From Andreesenia angusta (lineage in GTDB: Bacteria; Bacillota; Clostridia; Tissierellales; Gottschalkiaceae): a stretch of 24,000 nucleotides of DNA. The position numbers were made by a program, and so were the translations under genes. The notes under the pieces are model-generated. The model worked only from the letters and a program-made list of their open reading frames with translations, was not told the DNA's origin and made no database searches. Shown here one piece after another: positions 15,761 through 24,000 of the stretch. Each line of letters opens with the position of its first letter. Position 1 is the stretch's first letter. The stretch spans positions 41,437-65,436 of the forward strand of contig JAUNVB010000001.1 in NCBI GenBank assembly GCA_030537835.1, read 5' to 3'.

Positions 15761-17002
15761 TCATTCATCCTCAATTATCATTTTAATAGCTTCTGGTAAA
15801 TTTTCTATAATATCACTAGCAATTAATCCGTATTCTCCTTTTTTCTTAGCCGCAATATTCCCCGACAAACCATGTAGGAATACTGCGGATTTAACTCCAT
15901 CAAACCCTTTATAGTTTTGACCAATTATAGATAGTATTATCCCTGTTAGTACATCACCACTCCCCGCAGTAGCCATTCCAGGATTACCAGTATTATTTCT
16001 ATATATATTGTTTTTCCCTAATACAAGAGTTTTACTCCCTTTTAGTACTAAAATTACATCGTATTTTTTTACAAAATCCTTAGCCTCTTTTTCACTCTCT
16101 TTTTTTAATATCTCAATATCAAGATCTAAAAGTCTTGAAAACTCCATCAAATGAGGAGTCAATATTAGATTATTATTTTTCTCTAATAAATTCATATTTT
16201 TAGATATTAAATTTAAAGCATCTGCATCTATTACAATCGGCTTATCTATCTCTAAAACTTTCTCTATAAATATTAAGGACTCAGCATTCGTTCCCATTCC
16301 TGGACCTATTGCTATTGCATCCATTTTTTCAAGCTTTTCAAATAATCCTTCTAATGATTTCTCAGTAAAATAGCCTTTTCCTTCATCATTTAAAGGTATA
16401 GTAATATTTTCGAGTGATTTAATTTGAACAATATTCGCAATAGATTCTGGTACAAATGTATATACGAGTCCAGAGCCCATTCTAAGTGCAGCAAAAGAAG
16501 ATAGACAAGGCGCTCCTGACATACCTATAGAGCCTCCTATTATTGCTACTTTTCCATAGTCACCTTTATTAGTATTTTTTCTCCTCTTTTTTAATCTAAT
16601 TTTTTCATCAATATGAATTGAGTTTTTCTCTCTATATTCTTCTATATTGCATATAGAGATTGCTTTATCATCATCATGAGATATAGATATTCGAATCGCA
16701 TCATTATTTATTTTATGCATATTTTTAATCTTCTTATTTATTTTCAAATATGGCTTTCCTAGATCATCCCTATATATCTCCATATCTTTCCAAGACAATT
16801 CTTTTCCAATTCCAGAGCCTAAAGCTTTTGAAACAGCCTCTTTTGCACAGAATATCCCCGCAGCCGTCTCAGCTCTAGATTTTCTGCTTTTCTTTTTTTC
16901 TATGTATTCTAATTCTTTTTTTGTATATATTCTATTTAAAAATTTCTGATTATCAATCAGTTTTTCTATCCTAGATATCTCAATTATATCAATTCCAACC
17001 AT
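15761..17002 (-). CDS. acpS: Fusion protein: holo-ACP synthase (AcpS, residues ~1-122) plus ADP-dependent NAD(P)H-hydrate dehydratase (NnrD/YjeF_C, residues ~145-413)
   Basis: A single uninterrupted 413-aa ORF. The N-terminus MVGIDIIEISRIEKL...FCAKEAVSKALG...ISISHDDDKAI is AcpS. The C-terminal part GDYGKVAIIGGSIGMSGAP...ILTPHLMEFSRL...GNPGMATAGSGDVLTGII is the carbohydrate-kinase-fold NAD(P)HX dehydratase. No YjeF_N epimerase domain is present. Confidence 0.88.
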   Translation of the reverse strand: MVGIDIIEISRIEKLIDNQKFLNRIYTKKELEYIEKKKSRKSRAETAAGIFCAKEAVSKALGSGIGKELSWKDMEIYRDDLGKPYLKINKKIKNMHKINNDAIRISISHDDDKAISICNIEEYREKNSIHIDEKIRLKKRRKNTNKGDYGKVAIIGGSIGMSGAPCLSSFAALRMGSGLVYTFVPESIANIVQIKSLENITIPLNDEGKGYFTEKSLEGLFEKLEKMDAIAIGPGMGTNAESLIFIEKVLEIDKPIVIDADALNLISKNMNLLEKNNNLILTPHLMEFSRLLDLDIEILKKESEKEAKDFVKKYDVILVLKGSKTLVLGKNNIYRNNTGNPGMATAGSGDVLTGIILSIIGQNYKGFDGVKSAVFLHGLSGNIAAKKKGEYGLIASDIIENLPEAIKMIIEDE

Positions 17003-17060
17003 ATTATACCAATTCCTTTTTATTATGAGAAATAAAGAAAGTATTTAGAAAAAATAGTTA

Positions 17061-17090
17061 GATAGAAGACCAATTAATTGGTCTTCCATC
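17061..17090 (-). terminator. Hairpin overlapping the glnA stop codon (probable terminator)
   Basis: A perfect 22-nt palindrome GAAGACCAATTAATTGGTCTTC lies at 17065-17086 and extends with one mismatch. On the minus strand the T-run (TTTTTT) starts about 10 nt after the stem, so the geometry is not ideal. Confidence 0.5.
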
Positions 17091-18433
17091 TAAAAAGCTC
17101 TCAAATACTCATCTATTTCCCATGGATGAACGGCTTTTCTAAATCTATCCCATTCATCTAATTTTGCTTTTATAAACTTTTCACTTATATGTTCTCCTAG
17201 AACTTTTTTCATTATTTCATTCTCTTTAAATTCCATAATAGCCTCATAAAGAGTTCTTGGTAAAGAGTCTATATCTTTTTCAAATCTCTCTTTCGAATCC
17301 ATTTCATATATATTTCCTAATACAGATTTAGGCGGTTCCATCTTATTATTAATTCCATCTAATCCTGCTACTAAAACTGTTGCTAAAGCTAGATAAGGAT
17401 TACAAGCTGGATCTGGACTTCTTAGCTCAACTCTAGTAGATGCTCCTCTTTTAGCAGGAACTCTAACTAATGGGCTTCTATTTTTATGTGACCATGCAAT
17501 ATATACTGGTGCTTCATATCCTGGAACTAATCTCTTATATGAATTAACTAACGGGTTAGTTATAGCCGTATATCCTTTTGCATGTTTTAAAAGTCCACCA
17601 ACGAAATGCACCGCTTTATCGCTTAACATATTCTTAGCTTCTGTATCATAAAATATATTTTCTCCATCTTTGAATAATGACATATTTATATGCATTCCTG
17701 ATCCTGCCATATCTTCTACTGGTTTTGGCATAAAGCTTGCAAAGAGTCCTAAATCATCAGATATCCTCTTAACTATATATCTAAAAGTCATTATATTATC
17801 TGCTGTCTTTAAAGCATCAGAATATTTAAAATCAATTTCATGCTGACCGGCTCCGCACTCATGATGAGCTGCCTCTACTTCAAATCCAGCTTCTTCTAAG
17901 GCTAAAGATATTATCTCTCTTACATCTTCTCCTCTGTCTATAGGTGCCATATCAAAATAACCCGCTGCATCACTGCTCTCTAATATAGGGTTTCCTTTTT
18001 CATCCTTATCAAAAAGATAGAATTCAGGTTCTGGTCCTACAAAGAACTCATATCCCATCTCCTTAGCTTCTTCTAGAGCTTTTCTTAATATACCTCTAGG
18101 GCAACCAATAAATGGTTTCTCATCAGGTGTATATACATCACATATAAATCTAGCTATTCCATATTCATCTGTCTTCCAAGGTAGAACAAGGTAAGTTGAA
18201 AGATCTGGATATAAATACATATCTGATTCTTCAATCCTTGCAAATCCATCAATAGAAGAGCCATCGAACATTATTTCATTGCTAGTAATCTTATCCAATT
18301 GACTTACAGGTAAAGTAATGCTCTTAACTGCACCCATTATATCAACTAGCTGAAGAACTATAAATTTAATCTTATTTTCTTTAATAGATTCTTTGATAAA
18401 TTTAATCTGTTCTTCTCTGTTCATTTCATTCAT
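17090..18433 (-). CDS. glnA: Glutamine synthetase, type I
   Basis: GS-I motifs are present: FDGSSIDGF, PEPEFYLF, HHECGAGQHEIDFKY, GSGMHINMSLF, NSYKRLVPGYEAP and RSPDPACNPYLA. The ATG at 18433 lies 9 nt after AAGGAGG. The track uses the TTG one codon upstream (18436). Confidence 0.96.
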   Translation of the reverse strand: MNEMNREEQIKFIKESIKENKIKFIVLQLVDIMGAVKSITLPVSQLDKITSNEIMFDGSSIDGFARIEESDMYLYPDLSTYLVLPWKTDEYGIARFICDVYTPDEKPFIGCPRGILRKALEEAKEMGYEFFVGPEPEFYLFDKDEKGNPILESSDAAGYFDMAPIDRGEDVREIISLALEEAGFEVEAAHHECGAGQHEIDFKYSDALKTADNIMTFRYIVKRISDDLGLFASFMPKPVEDMAGSGMHINMSLFKDGENIFYDTEAKNMLSDKAVHFVGGLLKHAKGYTAITNPLVNSYKRLVPGYEAPVYIAWSHKNRSPLVRVPAKRGASTRVELRSPDPACNPYLALATVLVAGLDGINNKMEPPKSVLGNIYEMDSKERFEKDIDSLPRTLYEAIMEFKENEIMKKVLGEHISEKFIKAKLDEWDRFRKAVHPWEIDEYLRAF

Positions 18434-18546
18434 CAATTGTAGCCTCCTTATATTACCTAATATATTATTAGGATTTAAAGACTTCTAAATAAAATCTCAA
18501 TAGATTTATCGAAGACTTTAATAAAGTATATAACTATATATAATAT

Positions 18547-18566
18547 TATACTATATATATAGTATA
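18547..18566. repeat. Perfect 20-bp A/T-only palindrome TATACTATATATATAGTATA in the mtaD-glnA intergenic region
   Basis: Verified by hand to equal its own reverse complement. It lies 20 nt downstream of the MtaD-like stop and about 110 nt upstream of the glnA start. Function unknown. Confidence 0.9.
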
Positions 18567-18586
18567 TAAATTTAATATCTAAATAT

Positions 18587-19867
18587 TTATAAACTGAGTC
18601 TTTCAGATATCCTATTAATATTATACATTATTTTCTCTATATCTAATGTATAATATTCAAAATTTTTCATCAGTATTTTTCCATCTACTATAGTACTATA
18701 AATATTATCAGATTGTAATGAATAGACTAATGAAGAGATTTCATTATTAATTGGTGTAGTCTGTATCTTATTTAAATCTAAGATAGTCAAATCTGCTTTT
18801 TTCCCAATTTCTATACTTCCAAGCTCATCTTCTAATCCAACTGCTTTTATACCATTTGCACTTGCAATCTGCAATGCTTCTATTGCGGGTATTATAGTGG
18901 GATCCGCTTCTAATCCTTTATTTATTAGCGCTAAAATCTTTATCTCTTCTAATAAAGACATATTATTATTGCTTGCACATCCATCAGTCCCTAATGCAAT
19001 ATTTATTCCAGACCTCTTAATATCTTTTATTCTTGCAAAACCATTACCTAATTTCATATTGCTAATTGGATTATATAGAATATTAACATTATTTTCAGAA
19101 AGTATCTCAATATCTCTATCCGTTAATTGAACGCAATGAGCTGCTAATGTATTTCTTTTAAACAGACCTATTCTTTCCATATTTTCAGTAGGTGTCAACC
19201 CATATTTTCTTATGCTTTCCTCTACTTCATTAATGCTTTCTGACAAATGGATATGAATTGAGGTATCATATTTTTCTGAAAGTTCTATGGCCTTTAAGAG
19301 ATATTCAGAACTACATGTATAAGGAGCATGCGGTCCAACCATTCCTCTTATTCTGCCATTTGCCTCTCCATCCCATTTTTTAAGAAAGTCTTCTGTCTCC
19401 TGAAGCTGTTTATAATCACTATCCTCATTACCTATAAGGCCCCTAGATATAAATCCTCTCATTCCAGATTCATATAGCGCTTCTCCTATTTTATCTATGT
19501 AAAAATACATATCTACAAAACAAGTCGTACCAAATTTTATTAACTCAGCAAGTCCTAACATAGCACCCCAATATATATCATCAGCCTTTAGTTTTTTCTC
19601 CATAGGCCATATATAATCATTAAGCCACGACCAAAGATTCTGATCATCTGAATAATTTCTCAATAGAGTCATAGGTATATGGGTATGAGCGTTGAAAATA
19701 CCAGGCATTGCTACTTTTCTATTCCCATATATTATTTCATCATATATAAAGTCAGATGGAATATCACCTATAAAGCTAATTCTACCATTTTCTATGCCTA
19801 TAGATGCTTCAATCATATTCGTAGATTTAAAATCTAAGTATTTTATATCTTTTAATAAAATTTTCAT
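18587..19867 (-). CDS. mtaD: Amidohydrolase-family deaminase, probably 5-methylthioadenosine/S-adenosylhomocysteine deaminase (MtaD)
   Basis: 426 aa. The metal-binding motif is NAHTHIPMTLLRNYSDDQNLWSWLNDYIWPME, with HLSES and GTDGCASNN further on. This is the typical MtaD/chlorohydrolase subgroup pattern. Confidence 0.8.
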   Translation of the reverse strand: MKILLKDIKYLDFKSTNMIEASIGIENGRISFIGDIPSDFIYDEIIYGNRKVAMPGIFNAHTHIPMTLLRNYSDDQNLWSWLNDYIWPMEKKLKADDIYWGAMLGLAELIKFGTTCFVDMYFYIDKIGEALYESGMRGFISRGLIGNEDSDYKQLQETEDFLKKWDGEANGRIRGMVGPHAPYTCSSEYLLKAIELSEKYDTSIHIHLSESINEVEESIRKYGLTPTENMERIGLFKRNTLAAHCVQLTDRDIEILSENNVNILYNPISNMKLGNGFARIKDIKRSGINIALGTDGCASNNNMSLLEEIKILALINKGLEADPTIIPAIEALQIASANGIKAVGLEDELGSIEIGKKADLTILDLNKIQTTPINNEISSLVYSLQSDNIYSTIVDGKILMKNFEYYTLDIEKIMYNINRISERLSL

Positions 19868-19885
19868 ATGCTCATCCCCAATTGA

Positions 19886-20731
19886 CTATTCTTCTATCTT
19901 TCTTATCTCTTCTGCATTAAAATCTTTCATATATTCTTTAATATCTTGCCCATTTATTACTAAACTATCATTTATTTCATATAAAGGTACCATCACGAAT
20001 GCTCTTTCAGTCATTCTTGGATGAGGTATTGTGAGCTTTTCATCATCCGATTTATAATCGTTATATAGAAGTATATCAAGATCTACCGTTCTTGGTCCCC
20101 ATCTAATTACTCTTTCTCTTTTTAATTCATTCTCTACATACTGACAATAATCTAATAATTCATATGGGGATAGAGCAGTCTCTATCTCAACTACAATATT
20201 CATAAACCAATCTTGATCAGTATATCCCCATGGTTCAGTTTCATATAGTGAAGATACTTTTTTTATCTTTATGCTTTCAGATTCTTCTAAATACTTTAAG
20301 GATAATTCTATATTTTTCTTTCTATCTCCAATATTGCCACCTATACCTAGATATGCTATATTTTTAAACTTTTTTCTTTTTTCATTAAAATTCACAGCAA
20401 AATAATCGTATATTCCAGGAACTGGCGCCTCAGGTTTTTTAACAACTATGTCTATCTCTTCTACTTTATCAAATTTTTTAAATATCTCATCTATGATTTT
20501 CTGAGCAACTGCTTCAATTAAATTATACTTGCTATTCTCCATAATATCTTTTATAGTCTGATATACTTCTCCATAATGCACAGTATCTTCAACAGAATCA
20601 GTATATGCAGACTTATCAATATCCGCTACTAGTTCTAGATCTATAAAGAATTTCTGACCTAAAACATTCTCTTCTTTCATAGCACCATGATAAGAATAAA
20701 ATGCTAAGTTCTTCATTATTATTTTTCCCAT
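19886..20731 (-). CDS. folB-folK: Bifunctional dihydroneopterin aldolase (FolB) / 6-hydroxymethyl-dihydropterin pyrophosphokinase (FolK)
   Basis: The N-terminal ~120 aa (LAFYSYHGAMKEENVLGQKFFIDLEL...VHYGEVY) is FolB. The C-terminal part (AYLGIGGNIGDR...YETEPWGY.DQ..F.N....ET...RWGPRTVDLDILLY...LTIPHPRM.ERAFV) is FolK. Its start overlaps the end of folP by 13 nt. Confidence 0.92.
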   Translation of the reverse strand: MGKIIMKNLAFYSYHGAMKEENVLGQKFFIDLELVADIDKSAYTDSVEDTVHYGEVYQTIKDIMENSKYNLIEAVAQKIIDEIFKKFDKVEEIDIVVKKPEAPVPGIYDYFAVNFNEKRKKFKNIAYLGIGGNIGDRKKNIELSLKYLEESESIKIKKVSSLYETEPWGYTDQDWFMNIVVEIETALSPYELLDYCQYVENELKRERVIRWGPRTVDLDILLYNDYKSDDEKLTIPHPRMTERAFVMVPLYEINDSLVINGQDIKEYMKDFNAEEIRKIEE

Positions 20732-21582
20732 TTCAGACCCCTCACAATAGTATCTGTCAGTTTCAATGCTCTATAATTCTCTTTGACATTATGCACTCTT
20801 ACAATATCTATATTTTGAATCGTTCCCATAACTGAAGTAGCAATAGTTCCTTCAACTCTTTCATCCGATGGAAGATCTAGTACATTTCCTATCATTGACT
20901 TTTTTGAGGTTCCAAGTAAAAGTGCACAGCCTAAATCATTCAATTCGCCTAATCTTGACATAACTTCTAAATTTTGATTCGTATCTTTCCCAAAACCAAT
21001 ACCTGGATCTAATATGATTTTATCTCTTGGTATACCAGCTTCTATTCCTATTTCAATAGATTTTCTAAAGTAATCTGAAATCGACTCCACAATATCTTTT
21101 TCATATTCTGTGCCATTATTATTATGCATAGATACAACTATGGCATCGTATTTTGCTATAACTTTAGCCATTTCCGGATCTCTCTGAAGTCCCCATATAT
21201 CATTTATTATAGGTACTCCCATTTTCAATACAGCCTCTGCTACTTCTGATTTATATGTGTCTACAGATATAGGTAAGTCCACTTCATCCATAACGGCTTT
21301 TACTATAGGAATTAATCTCTCTTTCTCCTCTTCAACAGATATAACTGTATGTCCTGGTCTTGTAGACTCTGCTCCTATATCTATTATATCTGCCCCTTCT
21401 TCAGCCATTTTCTTGGCATGTTTTACTGCATTATCAAGCTCATCGTATTTTCCGCCATCTGAAAAAGAATCTGGAGTTATATTGAGAATCCCCATAATAA
21501 GAGTTCTTTCTCCTAAGTTTAAACTATATTTCCCACAAGGGATTTTTATCTTTCTATGATTATTAATTCTGATATTTCTCAT
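20719..21582 (-). CDS. folP: Dihydropteroate synthase
   Basis: Motifs present: MGILNITPDSFSDGG, DIGAESTRPG, SVDTYK, NDIWG and DPGIGFGK. GAAGGTG SD. Confidence 0.96.
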   Translation of the reverse strand: MRNIRINNHRKIKIPCGKYSLNLGERTLIMGILNITPDSFSDGGKYDELDNAVKHAKKMAEEGADIIDIGAESTRPGHTVISVEEEKERLIPIVKAVMDEVDLPISVDTYKSEVAEAVLKMGVPIINDIWGLQRDPEMAKVIAKYDAIVVSMHNNNGTEYEKDIVESISDYFRKSIEIGIEAGIPRDKIILDPGIGFGKDTNQNLEVMSRLGELNDLGCALLLGTSKKSMIGNVLDLPSDERVEGTIATSVMGTIQNIDIVRVHNVKENYRALKLTDTIVRGLKWEK

Positions 21583-21618
21583 ATTCTACACCTTCATATT
21601 TTTTATTTATATAAATAA

Positions 21619-21650
21619 GATTAAGCCATTCAAAAATAAATGGCTTAATC
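21619..21650 (-). terminator. 12-bp hairpin between folE and folP (possible partial intra-operon terminator or RNA processing/stability element)
   Basis: GATTAAGCCATT (21619-21630) pairs with AATGGCTTAATC (21639-21650) around an 8-nt loop. On the minus strand it is followed by TTATTTAT, an interrupted U-tract. Confidence 0.45.
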
Positions 21651-21662
21651 GAGATTTTGTAT

Positions 21663-22223
21663 TTAGAATTTTATTAAAGACATCGCTTCTGCTCTCGCTT
21701 TAGCATCTTTTGCAAATATTCCTCTTACTGCTGAAGTCACAGTTTTTGAGCCAGGTTTTTTAACTCCTCTCATAGTCATACACATATGCTCAGCTTCAAC
21801 AACAACTATTACACCATATGGATCTAAGACTTCTTCTACAGTATCTGCAACTGTTGCAGTTATTCTCTCCTGTAATTGAGGTCTCTTAGCAACTGCATCT
21901 ACTACTCTCGCTAATTTACTAAGACCTGTAAGTCTGCCTGCTTTTGGTAAGTATCCAACATGAGCCTTTCCAAAAAATGGCACCCAGTGATGTTCACAAG
22001 TTGAATAAAATGGTATATCTTTAACTAATACCAATTCCTCATGATTTCCTTCTTGAAAAAATACTTGAAGGAGATCTTTAGGATCAACTTCTATACCACT
22101 ATAAATTTCTTCATACATTCTTGCTATTCTCTTTGGTGTATCAAGTAATCCTTCTCTTTCTGGATCTTCTCCTACTGCTAATATTATTTCTCTAACTGCT
22201 TTTTCTATTCTAGGTTTATCCAC
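21663..22223 (-). CDS. folE: GTP cyclohydrolase I (FolE, type IA)
   Basis: Motifs present: [42 protein letters not shown] and [12 protein letters not shown] start 5 nt after GGAGGGA. Confidence 0.96.
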   Translation of the reverse strand: MDKPRIEKAVREIILAVGEDPEREGLLDTPKRIARMYEEIYSGIEVDPKDLLQVFFQEGNHEELVLVKDIPFYSTCEHHWVPFFGKAHVGYLPKAGRLTGLSKLARVVDAVAKRPQLQERITATVADTVEEVLDPYGVIVVVEAEHMCMTMRGVKKPGSKTVTSAVRGIFAKDAKARAEAMSLIKF

Positions 22224-22247
22224 AACTGTCCCTCCATTAAGTTTAAG

Positions 22248-22973
22248 CTATTTAAAGTCAAAAGGATATGGCCCTTTTGGCCAAACTTTTAACTCGCCTC
22301 CATAGTCTTTCATAATATAATTAAATAGCTTTACTATTAGTTCTAATTTTTCTATTCTATTATTGCTTTTATAAATTTTATCTATTATATACAATATATT
22401 ACTATCTTCGATAAATTTCAATAGCCTTTTTTCTGTCGGTATCCATTTACCAGATATATGATAATTAAACTTTATTAAATCAGATAAGAGTTTATTGAAT
22501 AAAAACTCAAATTCTATCTTTTCTATAATTTTTTTTAATTGATATATTTCATTTGTAAATATGAACCTATTATAATCAATAGTGTATTTATTCATTTTTT
22601 TAGGCCCTCTCATATAGAGTTTTTTAATGTTTTCAATAATATCTTTAATTTCTATATCAGACTCTATTACTTTAGATTTTGCTAAAATTGAAATCAAAGA
22701 ATCTATCTCTTCTTCTATAGCCTTAGTCAATTGATTTAGATTTATATAAGATATATCAAATTCAATTCCACAATACGATTCTACAGATCTTTCAAATTCC
22801 TTATAATCTCCTATTATAAATAGGTCTATATCTGAAGTATTTGTAAATTCATAATTCTCTTTATTTTTTATATAATCTTCATATTCTTCTACGAAAGAGC
22901 CTATTAAGATTATCCCCTTAGGTTTATATTTATTTTTTATAATTTCAATTTTTTCATAAAGAATATCTATCAT
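22248..22973 (-). CDS. Uncharacterised protein with an N-terminal Pol-beta-superfamily nucleotidyltransferase-like motif and a helical C-terminal domain
   Basis: 241 aa. GIILIGSFVEE...NTSDIDLFIIGD fits the hG[GS]...DhDh minimal NTase signature, though the G-S to D-x-D spacer is unusually long (about 21 residues). GIEFDISYI could supply the third acidic residue. The remainder is predicted helical and K/I/E-rich. Size and layout resemble KNTase/ANT-type enzymes. Assigned by motif only. Confidence 0.55.
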   Translation of the reverse strand: MIDILYEKIEIIKNKYKPKGIILIGSFVEEYEDYIKNKENYEFTNTSDIDLFIIGDYKEFERSVESYCGIEFDISYINLNQLTKAIEEEIDSLISILAKSKVIESDIEIKDIIENIKKLYMRGPKKMNKYTIDYNRFIFTNEIYQLKKIIEKIEFEFLFNKLLSDLIKFNYHISGKWIPTEKRLLKFIEDSNILYIIDKIYKSNNRIEKLELIVKLFNYIMKDYGGELKVWPKGPYPFDFK

Positions 22974-22975
22974 AT

Positions 22976-23782
22976 CTATTCGCCTTCAATAATTTTTTTA
23001 TATTCACAACTGAGTTTTCTCGTCACTTTACTATTCGACATACTATATTTCTTCTCATCTATACATGATATTGGCATTATACCCATAAGTGAATTTGTAA
23101 TAAATACTTCATCTGCATTATAAATTTCTTCTAAATCATATTTGCCTTCATATATCTTTATACCGCTATTTCTCGAAATCTCTATTACTATATTTCTTAA
23201 CACACCTTCTAATAATCCTTCTTCTATATCCGGCGTATATATATTGCCATTTTTCACAAAAAATATATTTGCTATAGAGGTCTCAGCAATTCTATTCTTG
23301 CTATTTAAAAATAAACAGTCATCATAATTATCTTCTATGGCTTTTTGTCTTTCAATTATATTTTCTAGATAGTTTATGCTCTTTATTTTAGGCATTATAG
23401 AACTTTCATTTCTAAATACTTTAGATATTTTAAGTTTAAAACCATTTTCATATAAACTGTCTTTATATTCAGCTTTTCTAGAAGATATTATACATATTAA
23501 ATCGTCTTTCGACTTAGCGACTAATATCTTAACTGCTCCTTTTTCTATTCTATCAAAATCCGGAAGCTCTTTAACTTTTTTTTCAATATCTACTATATTC
23601 AAACTATCATTAATTCCTATATATTTTAAAGATCTATTCAGTCTATCTATATGTTCCTTTAGAAAAAATAACTTTCCTGATTCTAGCTTTATAGTTTCAA
23701 ATAATCCATATCCAAAATTCAATGCTTCAGAAGTATATATATTATTTTTTTCGTCAATAATTCCATCTATTAAAATCTTCAT
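22976..23782 (-). CDS. pabC: Aminodeoxychorismate lyase (PabC; class IV PLP aminotransferase fold)
   Basis: 268 aa. FGYGLFETIKLESGKLFFLKEHIDRLNRS and the KSINYLENI lysine region are class-IV fold motifs. The PabC assignment rests on the position between pabB and the fol genes. Confidence 0.75.
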   Translation of the reverse strand: MKILIDGIIDEKNNIYTSEALNFGYGLFETIKLESGKLFFLKEHIDRLNRSLKYIGINDSLNIVDIEKKVKELPDFDRIEKGAVKILVAKSKDDLICIISSRKAEYKDSLYENGFKLKISKVFRNESSIMPKIKSINYLENIIERQKAIEDNYDDCLFLNSKNRIAETSIANIFFVKNGNIYTPDIEEGLLEGVLRNIVIEISRNSGIKIYEGKYDLEEIYNADEVFITNSLMGIMPISCIDEKKYSMSNSKVTRKLSCEYKKIIEGE

Positions 23783-23790
23783 AATATTAC

Positions 23791-24000
23791 CTACTTATTA
23801 AGAGAGTCCATAAGTGCTTTTGCTTTATGAAGAGTCTCTTCATATTCTAATTTAGGATCTGAATCCCATGTAATACCTCCACCTACTTGAAAATATGCTT
23901 TATCATTTTTACAAACAATCGTTCTAATAACTATATTTAAATCTATATCTTCATTAAATCCTATATAACCAATCGAACCAGTATATATATTTCTCTGAGT
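23791..24000 (-). CDS. pabB: Aminodeoxychorismate synthase component I (PabB), C-terminal 69 codons; the 5' part lies outside the window
   Basis: Hand translation of the minus strand gives TQRNIYTGSIGYIGFNEDIDLNIVIRTIVCKNDKAYFQVGGGITWDSDPKLEYEETLHKAKALMDSLNK*. This is the chorismate-binding TrpE/PabB C-terminus (G.IG......l.I.IRT......a....GGGI..DS.P..E..ET..K). PabB is chosen over TrpE from context. Confidence 0.8.
   Translation of the reverse strand, partial: TQRNIYTGSIGYIGFNEDIDLNIVIRTIVCKNDKAYFQVGGGITWDSDPKLEYEETLHKAKALMDSLNK

Noticed and set aside
1-24000. Mobile elements, CRISPR arrays, tRNA/rRNA genes, prophage or defence-island signatures.
   Set aside because: No spaced direct-repeat arrays were seen. 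No transposase, integrase or recombinase-like translations appear in any listed ORF. No cloverleaf-like GC-rich segments or compositional breaks were noticed. Gene content is housekeeping throughout.

Overview
Low-GC, AT-rich chromosomal segment from a Bacillota (Clostridia/Tissierellia-like) genome; species cannot be assigned from sequence alone. About 20 genes are packed on the minus strand and only two (a Mop/TOBE protein and 5-formyl-THF cyclo-ligase) are on the plus strand. Reading the minus strand from 24000 to 1, the order is as follows. First a folate/pABA operon: pabB 3' end, pabC, an uncharacterised nucleotidyltransferase-fold ORF, folE, folP, fused folB-folK, then an MtaD-like deaminase. 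Then glnA, an acpS-NAD(P)HX dehydratase fusion, alr and mazF. Then a cell-wall polymer module (large DUF5693-like membrane protein, csaB, tagA-like), a split transketolase, and a coiled-coil NlpC/P60 hydrolase. Last come an S41 (Ctp) protease broken by two in-frame stops, uvrB, an SdpI-like membrane protein and the uvrA 5' part. I found no rRNA, tRNA, CRISPR array, transposase, integrase or recognisable defence island, so this looks like core housekeeping DNA. Five local oddities are worth a second look. (1) An intact MazF sits in the conserved alr-mazE-mazF position with no canonical MazE; a 26-codon ORF with a strong SD overlaps the mazF start instead. (2) A Pol-beta-type nucleotidyltransferase-fold ORF is translationally coupled inside the folate operon. 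(3) The Ctp protease carries a TAA-AAA-TAA interruption. (4) AcpS is fused to the NnrD dehydratase domain with no epimerase domain. (5) uvrB and uvrA are separated by inserted genes. All functional calls come from reading the translations and motifs by eye; no database search was possible.
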